The notes beneath the pieces were generated by a model, which was not told where the DNA came from, searched no databases, and saw only the letters and a list, made by a program, of their open reading frames with translations. Below, in pieces: positions 1 to 8,318 of a stretch of DNA of 64,000 nt; the first letter of the stretch is position 1, and each line of letters starts with the position of its first letter. The position numbers and the translations under genes are program-made. Location: NCBI GenBank assembly GCA_964568675.1, contig CAZMQV010000001.1, positions 74,307 through 138,306 on the forward strand. Direction: 5' to 3'. The DNA is from an uncultured Paludibacter sp. GTDB taxonomy: Bacteria > Bacteroidota > Bacteroidia > Bacteroidales > Paludibacteraceae.

Positions 1-1052
1 GCCAGCCAAAGGAATATAAAATAACAGGAACGATTGACCAAGCTTGTGTCAATGAGAAGGTTAAAGTTTATTTGAGCGAAAGGGTAAACCGTAATTATAT
101 CAATCTTGATAGTGCCGATGTAGTCGATGGAAAATTTGAATTTACAGGTGTGTCCGATTCGGCTAAAGTAGGATATCTGATTTTTATAAATTCTGCCGGC
201 GATAGGAAAATGGGAAACTTTATCCTCGAAAATGGAAATATATATGCTTCAATGGATAGTAGCTGCAATCTTATCGTGAAGGGTACGGAACAGAATGATG
301 TGTTGGCGCTATTCAATTCCGAAGAACATGAAATTGAAATCCAGATGGATCAGCTTATGATGAAAATGGCTGCGGAAATCACAGAGGAGATGAGCAAAGC
401 GAAAAAAGATTCGTTAGAGAGCGCAGTAAAGACGTTGAAAAAACAACTTGAACAGCTTGCTGTAGATTACGCGGATAAGTATGTGAACACCCTTGTTGGT
501 TCGCATCTTTTTATGAGCCGTTTTTGGAATTTTAATGTAGAGCAAAAAGAAATGCTTTTTGCGAAAATGAATAACAAAACAAAGTCGATCCCACGGATAA
601 TGGAGCTGATTGAAGCTACTGATGTAGAGAAAAAAACATCGAAAGGGCAACATTATGTCGATTTCTCGATGCCGACATTAGCAGGGGATACCGCTTCTCT
701 TTCAAGCTTTGTGGGAAAGACTGACTATTTGCTTATTGACTTTTGGGCGTCCTGGTGTGGTCCTTGTGTGCATTCATTCCCGGAACTAACAGCTTTTTAT
801 CAAAAAAATAAAGGAGTAAAATTTGAAATTGTAGGTGTTTCGCTCGACAAAAACAACGAAGATTGGGCGGGTGCTGTGCAAAAATACAAGTTGACATGGG
901 CACATCTTTCTGATTTAAAGTTTTGGGAGTGCGAAGGCGCAAAATTATATGCCGTCAACTCCATTCCTTCAACGGTATTGATAGATAAAAACGGAGTGAT
1001 AGTAGGGCGGAATTTGGAGCTTACGGAAATCCAAAAATTGCTCAATCAGTAA
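1..1052 (+). CDS. TlpA/AhpC-TSA-like thiol:disulfide oxidoreductase with an N-terminal beta-rich (DUF4369-like) domain; 5' end cut by the window edge
   Basis: The frame is open from base 3 (QPKEYKITGTIDQ...), so the TTG at 72 in the ORF track is not the true start. The C-terminal thioredoxin fold carries the redox motif FWASWCGPC and NSIPSTVLID. Confidence 0.85.
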   Translation, partial: QPKEYKITGTIDQACVNEKVKVYLSERVNRNYINLDSADVVDGKFEFTGVSDSAKVGYLIFINSAGDRKMGNFILENGNIYASMDSSCNLIVKGTEQNDVLALFNSEEHEIEIQMDQLMMKMAAEITEEMSKAKKDSLESAVKTLKKQLEQLAVDYADKYVNTLVGSHLFMSRFWNFNVEQKEMLFAKMNNKTKSIPRIMELIEATDVEKKTSKGQHYVDFSMPTLAGDTASLSSFVGKTDYLLIDFWASWCGPCVHSFPELTAFYQKNKGVKFEIVGVSLDKNNEDWAGAVQKYKLTWAHLSDLKFWECEGAKLYAVNSIPSTVLIDKNGVIVGRNLELTEIQKLLNQ

Positions 1053-1125
1053 GTTACGAAAAATATTATTGGAAAATATATCGTAAAAAAGAGAAGCATT
1101 TTTTTTTTAGTCAAAATAAAAGCAG

Positions 1126-1133
1126 TATATTTG
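1126..1133 (+). promoter_or_regulatory. Bacteroidota -7 promoter box TATATTTG (TAnnTTTG) upstream of the HU gene
   Basis: Exact match to the TAnnTTTG consensus, 64 nt upstream of the ATG at 1197, in an A/T-rich intergenic region. Confidence 0.5.
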
Positions 1134-1196
1134 CAGTCCGTTTTGAAAAAAAATAAATCTACTATATATAAATAATTAAATTAAAACGATAAAAAA

Positions 1197-1469
1197 ATGA
1201 CTAAGGCAGATGTTGTAAACGAAATTGCCAAGAATACAGGGATTGACAAGGTGTCTGTATTGGCAACTGTTGAATCTTTTATGGAAGTAATTAAAAATTC
1301 TTTAATAAATAAAGAAAATGTGTATCTGAGGGGCTTCGGTAGCTTTATTATCAAAGAAAGAGCAGAGAAAACAGCTCGTAATATCTCAAAAAACACCACA
1401 ATTATTATCCCTAAACATAGCATTCCTTCGTTCAAGCCAGCAAAAACATTTGTAAACGAGGTAAAATAA
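1197..1469 (+). CDS. hup: HU/IHF-family nucleoid DNA-binding protein
   Basis: 90 aa. LRGFGSFIIKERAEKTARNISKNTTIIIPKHSIPSFKPAK matches the HU beta-arm signature. Confidence 0.92.
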   Translation: MTKADVVNEIAKNTGIDKVSVLATVESFMEVIKNSLINKENVYLRGFGSFIIKERAEKTARNISKNTTIIIPKHSIPSFKPAKTFVNEVK

Positions 1470-1496
1470 TTTTCTAACATTAAAAACTAAAGAAAA

Positions 1497-1586
1497 ATGC
1501 CAAGCGGAAAAAAAAGAAAAAGACATAAAATGTCGACTCACAAGAGAAAGAAAAGGCTAAGAAAAAACAGACATAAAAAGAAATAG
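1497..1586 (+). CDS. 29-aa polybasic peptide, probably ribosomal protein bS22 (mS38/AURKAIP1-like); below the ORF-track size cutoff
   Basis: ATG at 1497, TAG at 1584-1586. It translates to MPSGKKRKRHKMSTHKRKKRLRKNRHKKK and resembles the mycobacterial bS22 pattern KKRRKRMSKKKHRKLLRR. It lies 27 nt after the HU stop and just upstream of a strong terminator. Confidence 0.6.
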   Translation: MPSGKKRKRHKMSTHKRKKRLRKNRHKKK

Positions 1587-1623
1587 TCTGTAGGACATTT
1601 TTTTCTGAAAAATAAGTCCTAAG

Positions 1624-1675
1624 AAACAAACTTAGAGTCGCATTTTCTAAAATGCGTTTAAGTTTGTTTTTTGTT
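1624..1675 (+). terminator. Rho-independent terminator after the HU/bS22 unit
   Basis: Outer arms AAACAAACTTA (1624-1634) and TAAGTTTGTTT (1659-1669). Inner arms GCATTTT and AAAATGC. A T-run follows. Confidence 0.75.
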
Positions 1676-3377
1676 AATTAAAAAGAAGAGGAATGTTCCA
1701 CATTCGATTGATGAAGTGATAGAAACAGCGGTTTCACGCTTAAATCAGAATGGAACGGAGTGGAATATACCTCATAAACAAACTAAATTATTGAAAGTGA
1801 CAAGCGAATTAGTTGTAGATGTAAGACCATCTCAAATTTCAATTGCGCTGCTTGAAGACAAACGATTGGTAGAGCTTAACGAAGAAGGACGAAGTGAAAA
1901 CTTCGCTGTCGGGAATATCTACATGGGGAAAGTGAAAAAAATTATGCCCGGTCTCAATGCAGCCTTTGTGGATGTAGGCTACGAGAAAGATGCTTTTCTA
2001 CACTATCTTGATTTAGGTAACAATTTCAACACTTTGAACAACTTTGTGAAGCAGGTGAAAAGCGACCGTAAAAAGTCACCTGTGTCAAACAAAGTAAAAC
2101 AACATCCCGAAATTGAGAAAACCGGCTCTATTGGCGACCTCATTCAGACAGGACAGGAGATTGCGGTTCAGATTTCCAAAGAACCAATTTCTACCAAAGG
2201 TCCCCGGCTGACCGCGGAACTCTCAATTGCCGGAAGATTTTTAGTACTGATACCTTTTGCCGAGAAAGTTTCTATTTCACAAAAAATAAACTCGGAAGAA
2301 GAACGAATCAGACTCAAGCAGCTGATACAGAGCATAAAACCAAAAGGATTTGGAGTAATAGCGCGTACGGTAGCAGAGGATAAAAAAGTGGCGGAACTCG
2401 ATAATGAATTGAAAATTTTGGTGAAAAGATGGGAAGAAACCATCCCCAAAATGCAAAAATCACAAGGAGTAACGCTTTTAGCAGAAGAATTAGGTCGCAC
2501 AGTGGGGATTATCAGAGATTTGTTCAACTCCAATTTCAAGCAAATTTTCGTTAATGACAAAGATGTTTTCAACGAAGTGCGCGATTATGTTGAGCTGATT
2601 GCACCCGACAAAAAGGATATTGTCAAACTTTATAAGGATGAAGCGCCAATTTTTGATAATTTTGGCATCACCCGACAAATCCAAGCAAGCATGGGCAAAA
2701 CTGTTTCTTTCAGAAGCGGAGCCTACCTGATAATTGAACACACGGAAGCCATGCATGTGATTGACGTAAATAGTGGCAATCGCTCCAAAGCCGGCAACGG
2801 ACAAGAATCCAACGCTTTTGAAGTGAATCTTGCCGCTGCCGACGAAATATCCCGGCAGTTGCGTCTGCGGGACATGGGTGGCATTATCGTTGTAGATTTT
2901 ATTGATATGCACGAGGGTGAACACAGGCAGAAACTATTTGAAAGAATGCGCGATAATATGTCAAACGACAGAGCGAAACATAATATTTTGCCGCTGAGCA
3001 AGTTTGGACTGATGCAAATGACACGTCAGCGCGTTCGACCCGAAATAGAAATTGATATTGAAGAAACATGTCCTACCTGCTTTGGTAAAGGGCGTACGAA
3101 ACCTTCAATTCTTTTTGCCGACCAATTGGAAGGAAAAATTGATTATTTGGTGAACAAGCTGAAAGTCAAAGATTTCAAATTGCATATTCATCCTTATGTG
3201 GATGCCTATATTTCAAAAGGAATTCCATCGCAAAAAATGAGGTGGAAAATGAAATATGGTATGGGGACAAAAATTATCCCATCGCAACGATTGGGTTTCC
3301 TGCAATATAAGTTTTACGACAAAAAAGGTGAAGAAATTGACCTGCAAGAAGAGATAGAAAAAATATCATCGAAATAG
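1671..3377 (+). CDS. rng: RNase E/G family ribonuclease (RNase G-like)
   Basis: S1 domain GNIYMGKVKKIMPGLNAAFVDVGYEKDAFLH. Catalytic core HVIDVNSG, GGIIVVDFIDM, LSKFGLMQMTRQR, and CPTCFGKG. The ORF-track TTG at 1671 lies inside the terminator T-tract, so the in-frame GTG at 1797 (VTSELVVDVRPSQISIALLED) is the more plausible start. Confidence 0.9.
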   Translation: MLIKKKRNVPHSIDEVIETAVSRLNQNGTEWNIPHKQTKLLKVTSELVVDVRPSQISIALLEDKRLVELNEEGRSENFAVGNIYMGKVKKIMPGLNAAFVDVGYEKDAFLHYLDLGNNFNTLNNFVKQVKSDRKKSPVSNKVKQHPEIEKTGSIGDLIQTGQEIAVQISKEPISTKGPRLTAELSIAGRFLVLIPFAEKVSISQKINSEEERIRLKQLIQSIKPKGFGVIARTVAEDKKVAELDNELKILVKRWEETIPKMQKSQGVTLLAEELGRTVGIIRDLFNSNFKQIFVNDKDVFNEVRDYVELIAPDKKDIVKLYKDEAPIFDNFGITRQIQASMGKTVSFRSGAYLIIEHTEAMHVIDVNSGNRSKAGNGQESNAFEVNLAAADEISRQLRLRDMGGIIVVDFIDMHEGEHRQKLFERMRDNMSNDRAKHNILPLSKFGLMQMTRQRVRPEIEIDIEETCPTCFGKGRTKPSILFADQLEGKIDYLVNKLKVKDFKLHIHPYVDAYISKGIPSQKMRWKMKYGMGTKIIPSQRLGFLQYKFYDKKGEEIDLQEEIEKISSK

Positions 3378-3383
3378 AAGTAC

Positions 3384-3425
3384 AAAAAATAGCTGCAACG
3401 AAAATGTGCAGCTATTTTTGTTTTT
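3384..3425. terminator. Bidirectional terminator between rng (+) and the lipoprotein gene (-)
   Basis: Arms ATAGCTGCA (3389-3397) and TGCAGCTAT (3407-3415), flanked by an A-run and a T-run. Confidence 0.7.
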
Positions 3426-3446
3426 AAATCTCTCCTCCAAACATCC

Positions 3447-4469
3447 CTATTGATATTGGATGTAAATGGGGCGTGGTTTTATTTTGAGCAATTCTGCTGG
3501 TGTTAGCATTCGGTTTGGTGCCTTTTTCAAGTCGTTTTTATAGAAGAGCTTGAATCCGCTAAACTGTATAGGCTCTTTGTGTATGAAATGGCGGTGAGTG
3601 CCAAACTTGAGTTCCGGTGGTCCCCAACCATCCATGTCAATTACGATTTGCGTTTCGGGATGTAATTTTATGTTTTTGTAATTAGTTATCATTCCCTGCG
3701 TGAAACGGTGAATAACCAGAATTTTAGGTGGGAGATTGTTGTCCTTTACTAATTTAGCCAGATATTCACTGCAATAATTTATATCTGTCGCGTCAAATGT
3801 GCCGATGCGTTTTCCTGGTTTGCTGCCATCTTTCATCGAAAACTCCGGATCAATCCCCAGATGAACGTGAGGAAGTTTTAAGTATTTTTCAAGTAGAGGC
3901 AATTCGGCCTGAATGGTGCTTAGCGCTACCTGAATATCGAGAAAAACGAGTGTGCTATCTACCATGTTAGCGATTGTCATAACCGAATCAATCTGTTTCT
4001 CAGGCATCCGAGCGCGGTATTTCCCATCTTTTCCGCTTTCGCCTTGAGCTACTACCGCTATGTAATGAAGTGCCGGAAGCACCGGAGTCGATGGGTCGGC
4101 TTCACGCCAGGCTTTCAGTTCTTTTTTTAGCTTTGCCCACATTTCGTTTGGCGCGTATTCGCCCAAAGCTCCCATTTTTTTAGAATAAAGATTGCCATAA
4201 TAAGCCACAATCCGATATTTAGGCAACAATGCTCCATAAAGAGGCAAGGGTTGGTTTTTTACAGGCCAAAGTCCGGAGGTGTCGCCATTTGCCAATTCCA
4301 CAAGTTTGTTGTTGTATTCCGTTGAATCCACAAATTGCGGGTGTTGAACTTCTACTTGTTGTTCTTCAGGTGTTTGACCTTCAGGCTTTTCACCACGTTT
4401 TCCACCGTTGCAAGCCACTGCGAGCAAACCAAATATCGCAACTATCAGGAAGCAATTAATTTTTGTCAT
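3447..4469 (-). CDS. Lipoprotein of unknown function
   Basis: 340 aa. Lipoprotein signal peptide MTKINCFLIVAIFGLLAVAC-NGG. A long clean ORF with codon usage like its neighbours. I could not assign a family. Confidence 0.7.
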   Translation of the reverse strand: MTKINCFLIVAIFGLLAVACNGGKRGEKPEGQTPEEQQVEVQHPQFVDSTEYNNKLVELANGDTSGLWPVKNQPLPLYGALLPKYRIVAYYGNLYSKKMGALGEYAPNEMWAKLKKELKAWREADPSTPVLPALHYIAVVAQGESGKDGKYRARMPEKQIDSVMTIANMVDSTLVFLDIQVALSTIQAELPLLEKYLKLPHVHLGIDPEFSMKDGSKPGKRIGTFDATDINYCSEYLAKLVKDNNLPPKILVIHRFTQGMITNYKNIKLHPETQIVIDMDGWGPPELKFGTHRHFIHKEPIQFSGFKLFYKNDLKKAPNRMLTPAELLKIKPRPIYIQYQ

Positions 4470-4580
4470 GTAACTTTTAGTTAATTTTAATTGATAATAA
4501 TGAATACAAAAATAGTCAAATAAACTTAGATTGAAGAATTTTTTTTATTTCAGTTAAAAGAAATTTCTTGATTGACGTAA

Positions 4581-5186
4581 ATGAACTCATATCAAGGTTT
4601 TTTGTTAATCAAATATGTACTATTCTTTTTTGTCTTTGTTTTGATGAATTTTATTTTTGAAAATATTGATCAGCCCCGATATAAATTTGTTCGCTCCGAA
4701 ATGATAGCGCTTTATTTGCGTGCGTTCACCACGGGTGAGCATGCGCAATATATTTCTCGAACCGATGCGGCTTTGACTTTGGATGAATTGATGAGTTGTG
4801 GGAATGCATTGTGTGTGAGATGGGAGGAGCGTTTGATAGGATATGTGCTGACCGTGCCACTTTCTCAGGATAAATATTTTCCTTTCTTTCGGCATCCCGA
4901 AATTGAGCCAGATAGTGTAAGTTACATTGCCGAACTATTGGTCAGCGATGAGTTTCAAAGCCAAGGTGTCGCTTCGCAATTAATGAAACGATTGATTGAA
5001 AATGTGGATAAGAACAAAACGGATACATTGGTGATTCGAGTGTGGGATGAAAATAAGAAAGCGATAAATTTGTACTTAAAATTCGGTTTTTTAGTGTTTG
5101 ATTCAATAATTCAACAAAAAAAGTATTCCAGGACAGAGTACTTTGAAATGAAAAAACTATATTTGTATCGAACATTAATTGATTGA
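4581..5186 (+). CDS. GNAT-family N-acetyltransferase
   Basis: Acetyl-CoA binding motif FQSQGVASQLMKRLIE and the C-terminal NKKAINLYLKFGF. The first 21 codons look like a spurious hydrophobic extension, so the ATG at 4644 is an alternative start. Confidence 0.8.
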   Translation: MNSYQGFLLIKYVLFFFVFVLMNFIFENIDQPRYKFVRSEMIALYLRAFTTGEHAQYISRTDAALTLDELMSCGNALCVRWEERLIGYVLTVPLSQDKYFPFFRHPEIEPDSVSYIAELLVSDEFQSQGVASQLMKRLIENVDKNKTDTLVIRVWDENKKAINLYLKFGFLVFDSIIQQKKYSRTEYFEMKKLYLYRTLID

Positions 5187-5244
5187 AAGTATTCACACAT
5201 ATTATTTTAGAAATAATCAGAAGTATAAGATAATCAAAGAGATA

Positions 5245-7350
5245 ATGAGAAATTTAATTACAAAAACGATTGATTTGAATCGCGGTGAGGCTTCGGAAAA
5301 ACGTGAAACGATTCGCGATTATTTCCTGAAAACATGGGAAATAGATGAAAAACTCTACATGCAATTGAAGTCTGATGAGGTGTTTTATCATCGTGGAGAT
5401 CCGTTGCGGCATGTTATTCTGTTCTATTTGGGGCATACAGCCGTGTTTTTCATTAATAAATTGATATTAGGAAAATTCATCGACAACCGAATTAATCCTA
5501 ATTTTGAGTCGATATTTGCCATTGGGGTAGATGAGATGAGTTGGGATGATTTGGATGGTCGACATTACGATTGGCCTCCGGTTTCGGAGGTGCGAGCCTA
5601 TCGCGACAAAGCAAAAAAGCAAATTCTGAAAGTTATAGATGAAGCTCCTTTGAGTCTGCCCATCAACTGGCAAAGTCCGTTCTGGATAATCATGATGGGG
5701 ATAGAGCACGAGAGGATTCACTTAGAGACATCGTCGGTGTTAATACGGCAATTGCCACTTGATGAGTTAATTAGCGATCGCTTTGGTGAGCGCTGTAAAG
5801 AGAGTGGCGTAGCTCCCGAAAATGTTTTTGTAGAAGTGAAAGGTGCAATGATGCGATTGGGTAAACCGGAGAATCACCCTTTTTATGGTTGGGACAATGA
5901 GTACGGAAAATACGAGGAGTTGGTTGAGGATTTCAAAGTATCCAAACAGTTGATTTCCAATCAGGAGTTTTTGAAGTTTATTCAGGCAGGAGGCTATCAG
6001 GATAAATCGTTGTGGACTGACGAAGGATGGAACTGGAGAAACTTTAAGCAGGCAGAGCATCCGCTCTTTTGGCGAAAAGATGGTAGCAGTTACAAGCTCC
6101 GCCTTGTTGCCGAGGAAATTGAAATGCCTTGGAACTGGCCAGTGGAAGTCAATTACCTCGAGGCAAAGGCTTATGCCAATTGGATGACGAAAATAAAATC
6201 AAAAACCTATCGCCTACCTACCGAAGCAGAGTGGTATCGGGTATATGAGGTAAGCGGCTTGTCGGATATGGATAAATGGGGAGATGCACCCGGAAATATT
6301 AATCTTGAATATTTTACATCGCCTTGTCCGGTTGATAAATTTATCCATGGTGATTTCTTTGATGTGGTGGGCAATGTTTGGCAATGGACAGAAACACCCA
6401 TTACCGGATTTTCCGGCTTCAAAGTTCATTCGATGTACGATGATTTTTCTACTCCCACTTTTGATGGGAAACACAATATCATAAAAGGCGGGTCTTGGAT
6501 TTCTACAGGCAACGAAGCTACTTACCACGCTCGTTATGCGTTTCGCCGACATTTCTATCAACATGCCGGTTTCCGTTTGGTACAATCCGAATCGCCGTTG
6601 AAAATTCAAAATGTCGAATATGAGACCGACGAGGAGGTGGCTTTGTCGTGCGAAAACAATTGGGGAGATGCTTTTACATCTCATCCTAACTTTCAGCAAC
6701 AATTAGCAGGTGTTGTCGCCAATAAATTTGCAGGGAATCCAAACCTACGCATCCTTGATTTCAATGCCGATACCGGAAGGCTTGCTTTTGAATTGGCAAT
6801 GCATTTTGTGGATATTACCGCGCTTGATGTTACCGCCCGAATGATTCGTCGTCCCATCCAGTTGCAAGAACAAGGTTTTATGCGCTATGTGATGAAAGAT
6901 GAAGGTGAATTGCTGCATTTCAGAGATGTGGTGCTTAGTGATTTTGGACTGGCTGAAGGGAAAAATAATATTTTGTTTATGCAAGCCGACCCAATGAACA
7001 TCAAGCCCATTTATACCGGATATGATGTGATTGTTATTCCCAATTTGCTGGAAGATTTACGAAATCCCAAAGAGTTTCTCTCAAAGATAGACGAACGGCT
7101 TAATCCCGGAGGCTATCTGTTTATCGCATCCTCATACGATTGGGATGATACTAAAACTGCGCGTGAAAATTGGTTAGGCGGTTTTAAGCGCGATGGAGAG
7201 CCGGTTACGTCATTCGATGGCATGTTGCAAGCGTTGGGCGATAAGTTTATGCTCGTTGATATTCCGTTCGAACTTAAAAACCATCAGAAAATGTCAAGTC
7301 GCCGTTCTGTAGAAAGCTTAGTGCAGATTTCAGTATGGCAGCTTAAGTAA
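5245..7350 (+). CDS. ovoA: OvoA-type 5-histidylcysteine sulfoxide synthase fused to a SAM methyltransferase (ovothiol biosynthesis)
   Basis: Three-domain layout. The DinB-like N-terminus has LFYLGHTAVFFINK and GIEHERIHLETS (iron ligands). The FGE-sulfatase-like domain has YRLPTEAEWY, GNVWQWTE and GGSWIS. The C-terminal methyltransferase has ILDFNADTGRLAFELA and PGGYLFIASSYDW. I prefer the ATG at 5245 over the ORF-track TTG at 5179. Confidence 0.85.
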   Translation: MRNLITKTIDLNRGEASEKRETIRDYFLKTWEIDEKLYMQLKSDEVFYHRGDPLRHVILFYLGHTAVFFINKLILGKFIDNRINPNFESIFAIGVDEMSWDDLDGRHYDWPPVSEVRAYRDKAKKQILKVIDEAPLSLPINWQSPFWIIMMGIEHERIHLETSSVLIRQLPLDELISDRFGERCKESGVAPENVFVEVKGAMMRLGKPENHPFYGWDNEYGKYEELVEDFKVSKQLISNQEFLKFIQAGGYQDKSLWTDEGWNWRNFKQAEHPLFWRKDGSSYKLRLVAEEIEMPWNWPVEVNYLEAKAYANWMTKIKSKTYRLPTEAEWYRVYEVSGLSDMDKWGDAPGNINLEYFTSPCPVDKFIHGDFFDVVGNVWQWTETPITGFSGFKVHSMYDDFSTPTFDGKHNIIKGGSWISTGNEATYHARYAFRRHFYQHAGFRLVQSESPLKIQNVEYETDEEVALSCENNWGDAFTSHPNFQQQLAGVVANKFAGNPNLRILDFNADTGRLAFELAMHFVDITALDVTARMIRRPIQLQEQGFMRYVMKDEGELLHFRDVVLSDFGLAEGKNNILFMQADPMNIKPIYTGYDVIVIPNLLEDLRNPKEFLSKIDERLNPGGYLFIASSYDWDDTKTARENWLGGFKRDGEPVTSFDGMLQALGDKFMLVDIPFELKNHQKMSSRRSVESLVQISVWQLK

Positions 7351-7383
7351 TAATTTATAATCAGTGTTACATGCTTTGTAAAT

Positions 7384-7432
7384 AAAAAGCGACAAGATAA
7401 ATTTTTTTCTGAAATTTTCTTGTCGCTTTTTG
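7384..7432. terminator. Bidirectional terminator between ovoA (+) and the membrane protein gene (-)
   Basis: Arms AGCGACAAG (7388-7396) and CTTGTCGCT (7419-7427), flanked by an A-run and a T-run. Confidence 0.7.
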
Positions 7433-7480
7433 TGTTTTTTGGATTCAAACCCTTTTGTCTGAAAAACTTAGGAGTATAAG

Positions 7481-8038
7481 CTAACCGAGCGAATTGACCA
7501 TGAAAAATGAGAAAGCCAAAAGCGGAATAGCAACTAACAACATGATAAGAAATATAACCATAATTATACCCGTGAAAACAGCAAGTTTGCGCATGTTCCT
7601 GAATCCTTCTTCGAAGCTGAGTTGATCGTTGTAGCGTAGCGATTTGCGTATTCGTCTGGAGAATAGAAAAAGAAAGTAACTTGGAAGAAAATAAAACATT
7701 GCGCCAATTAAATACAAAATCCCGATTACGATGAAAGGAATTGGGAACGGAGAATAAGATTCAAAATCTTGAAAGTCGCCAATAAAAGATGGAATAAACA
7801 TTATGGGAATGGAACCTAAAACCATAAAACCGGTGAATATAAATCCTATAATGGCAATAAATGAAGTCCACTTTGATGTGGTTAGCAGATGCGATTTTAC
7901 CACTTCGCTCACGATGAGCGTTTTCTTTATCGGCGTTTCGGATGATGTTTCCTGAATTTCGGGGCTAACAAATTCTGTTTCCATTTTATTTAGAATTAAT
8001 TTGAGGGAGTTCGAAGTTCTTGTTTGAGCTGTATTCAA
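7481..8038 (-). CDS. Integral membrane protein of unknown function (about 4 TM)
   Basis: 185 aa. A soluble N-terminal ~45 aa is followed by four hydrophobic segments (FIAIIGFIFTGFMVLGSIPIMF, FPIPFIVIGILYLIGAMFYFL, and others). Confidence 0.65.
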   Translation of the reverse strand: MNTAQTRTSNSLKLILNKMETEFVSPEIQETSSETPIKKTLIVSEVVKSHLLTTSKWTSFIAIIGFIFTGFMVLGSIPIMFIPSFIGDFQDFESYSPFPIPFIVIGILYLIGAMFYFLPSYFLFLFSRRIRKSLRYNDQLSFEEGFRNMRKLAVFTGIIMVIFLIMLLVAIPLLAFSFFMVNSLG

Positions 8039-8153
8039 AAATTTATTTCTGTAAAGATAAATGAAAAAAAAGAAATATCAGCAGGAAAAGCGTTTTTTCG
8101 ATTAATTAATGAATTATATCTGTAAATTGACATGAGAAACAAAGTTAAATTGG

Positions 8154-8161
8154 TAACTTTG
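8154..8161 (+). promoter_or_regulatory. TAnnTTTG -7 box (TAACTTTG) upstream of mutA
   Basis: Exact consensus match. A second box, TATATTTG, lies at 8232-8239. The mutA ATG is at 8319. Confidence 0.4.
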
Positions 8162-8318
8162 CAGTTATTCTTATCGATTGATAATGAGTGTGAAAGTAGA
8201 AGTATGAAGTTTGTAAGCTTTTGTTTTTGATTATATTTGTCAGTTTTACTTTCATATTGTTATTTATTGGTTTGAATTTAGTTTTAAGAAACATATATTT
8301 TAATAACCAACATATATT

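Noticed and set aside
6214-6702. Long antisense ORFs inside well-supported genes: 6214..6702 within ovoA, 16802..17290 within tkt, 43851..44330 within gpsA, 2490..2924 within rng, and 23589..23941 within ftsK
   Set aside because: Each lies entirely within a strongly supported gene on the other strand and has low-complexity or Cys/Arg/Ser-rich composition with no motifs. These are typical shadow ORFs.
8039-8318. Cobalamin riboswitch upstream of the B12-dependent mutase genes
   Set aside because: The region is very AT-rich and has no B12-box-like GC-rich core. It looks like an ordinary divergent promoter region with two TAnnTTTG boxes.
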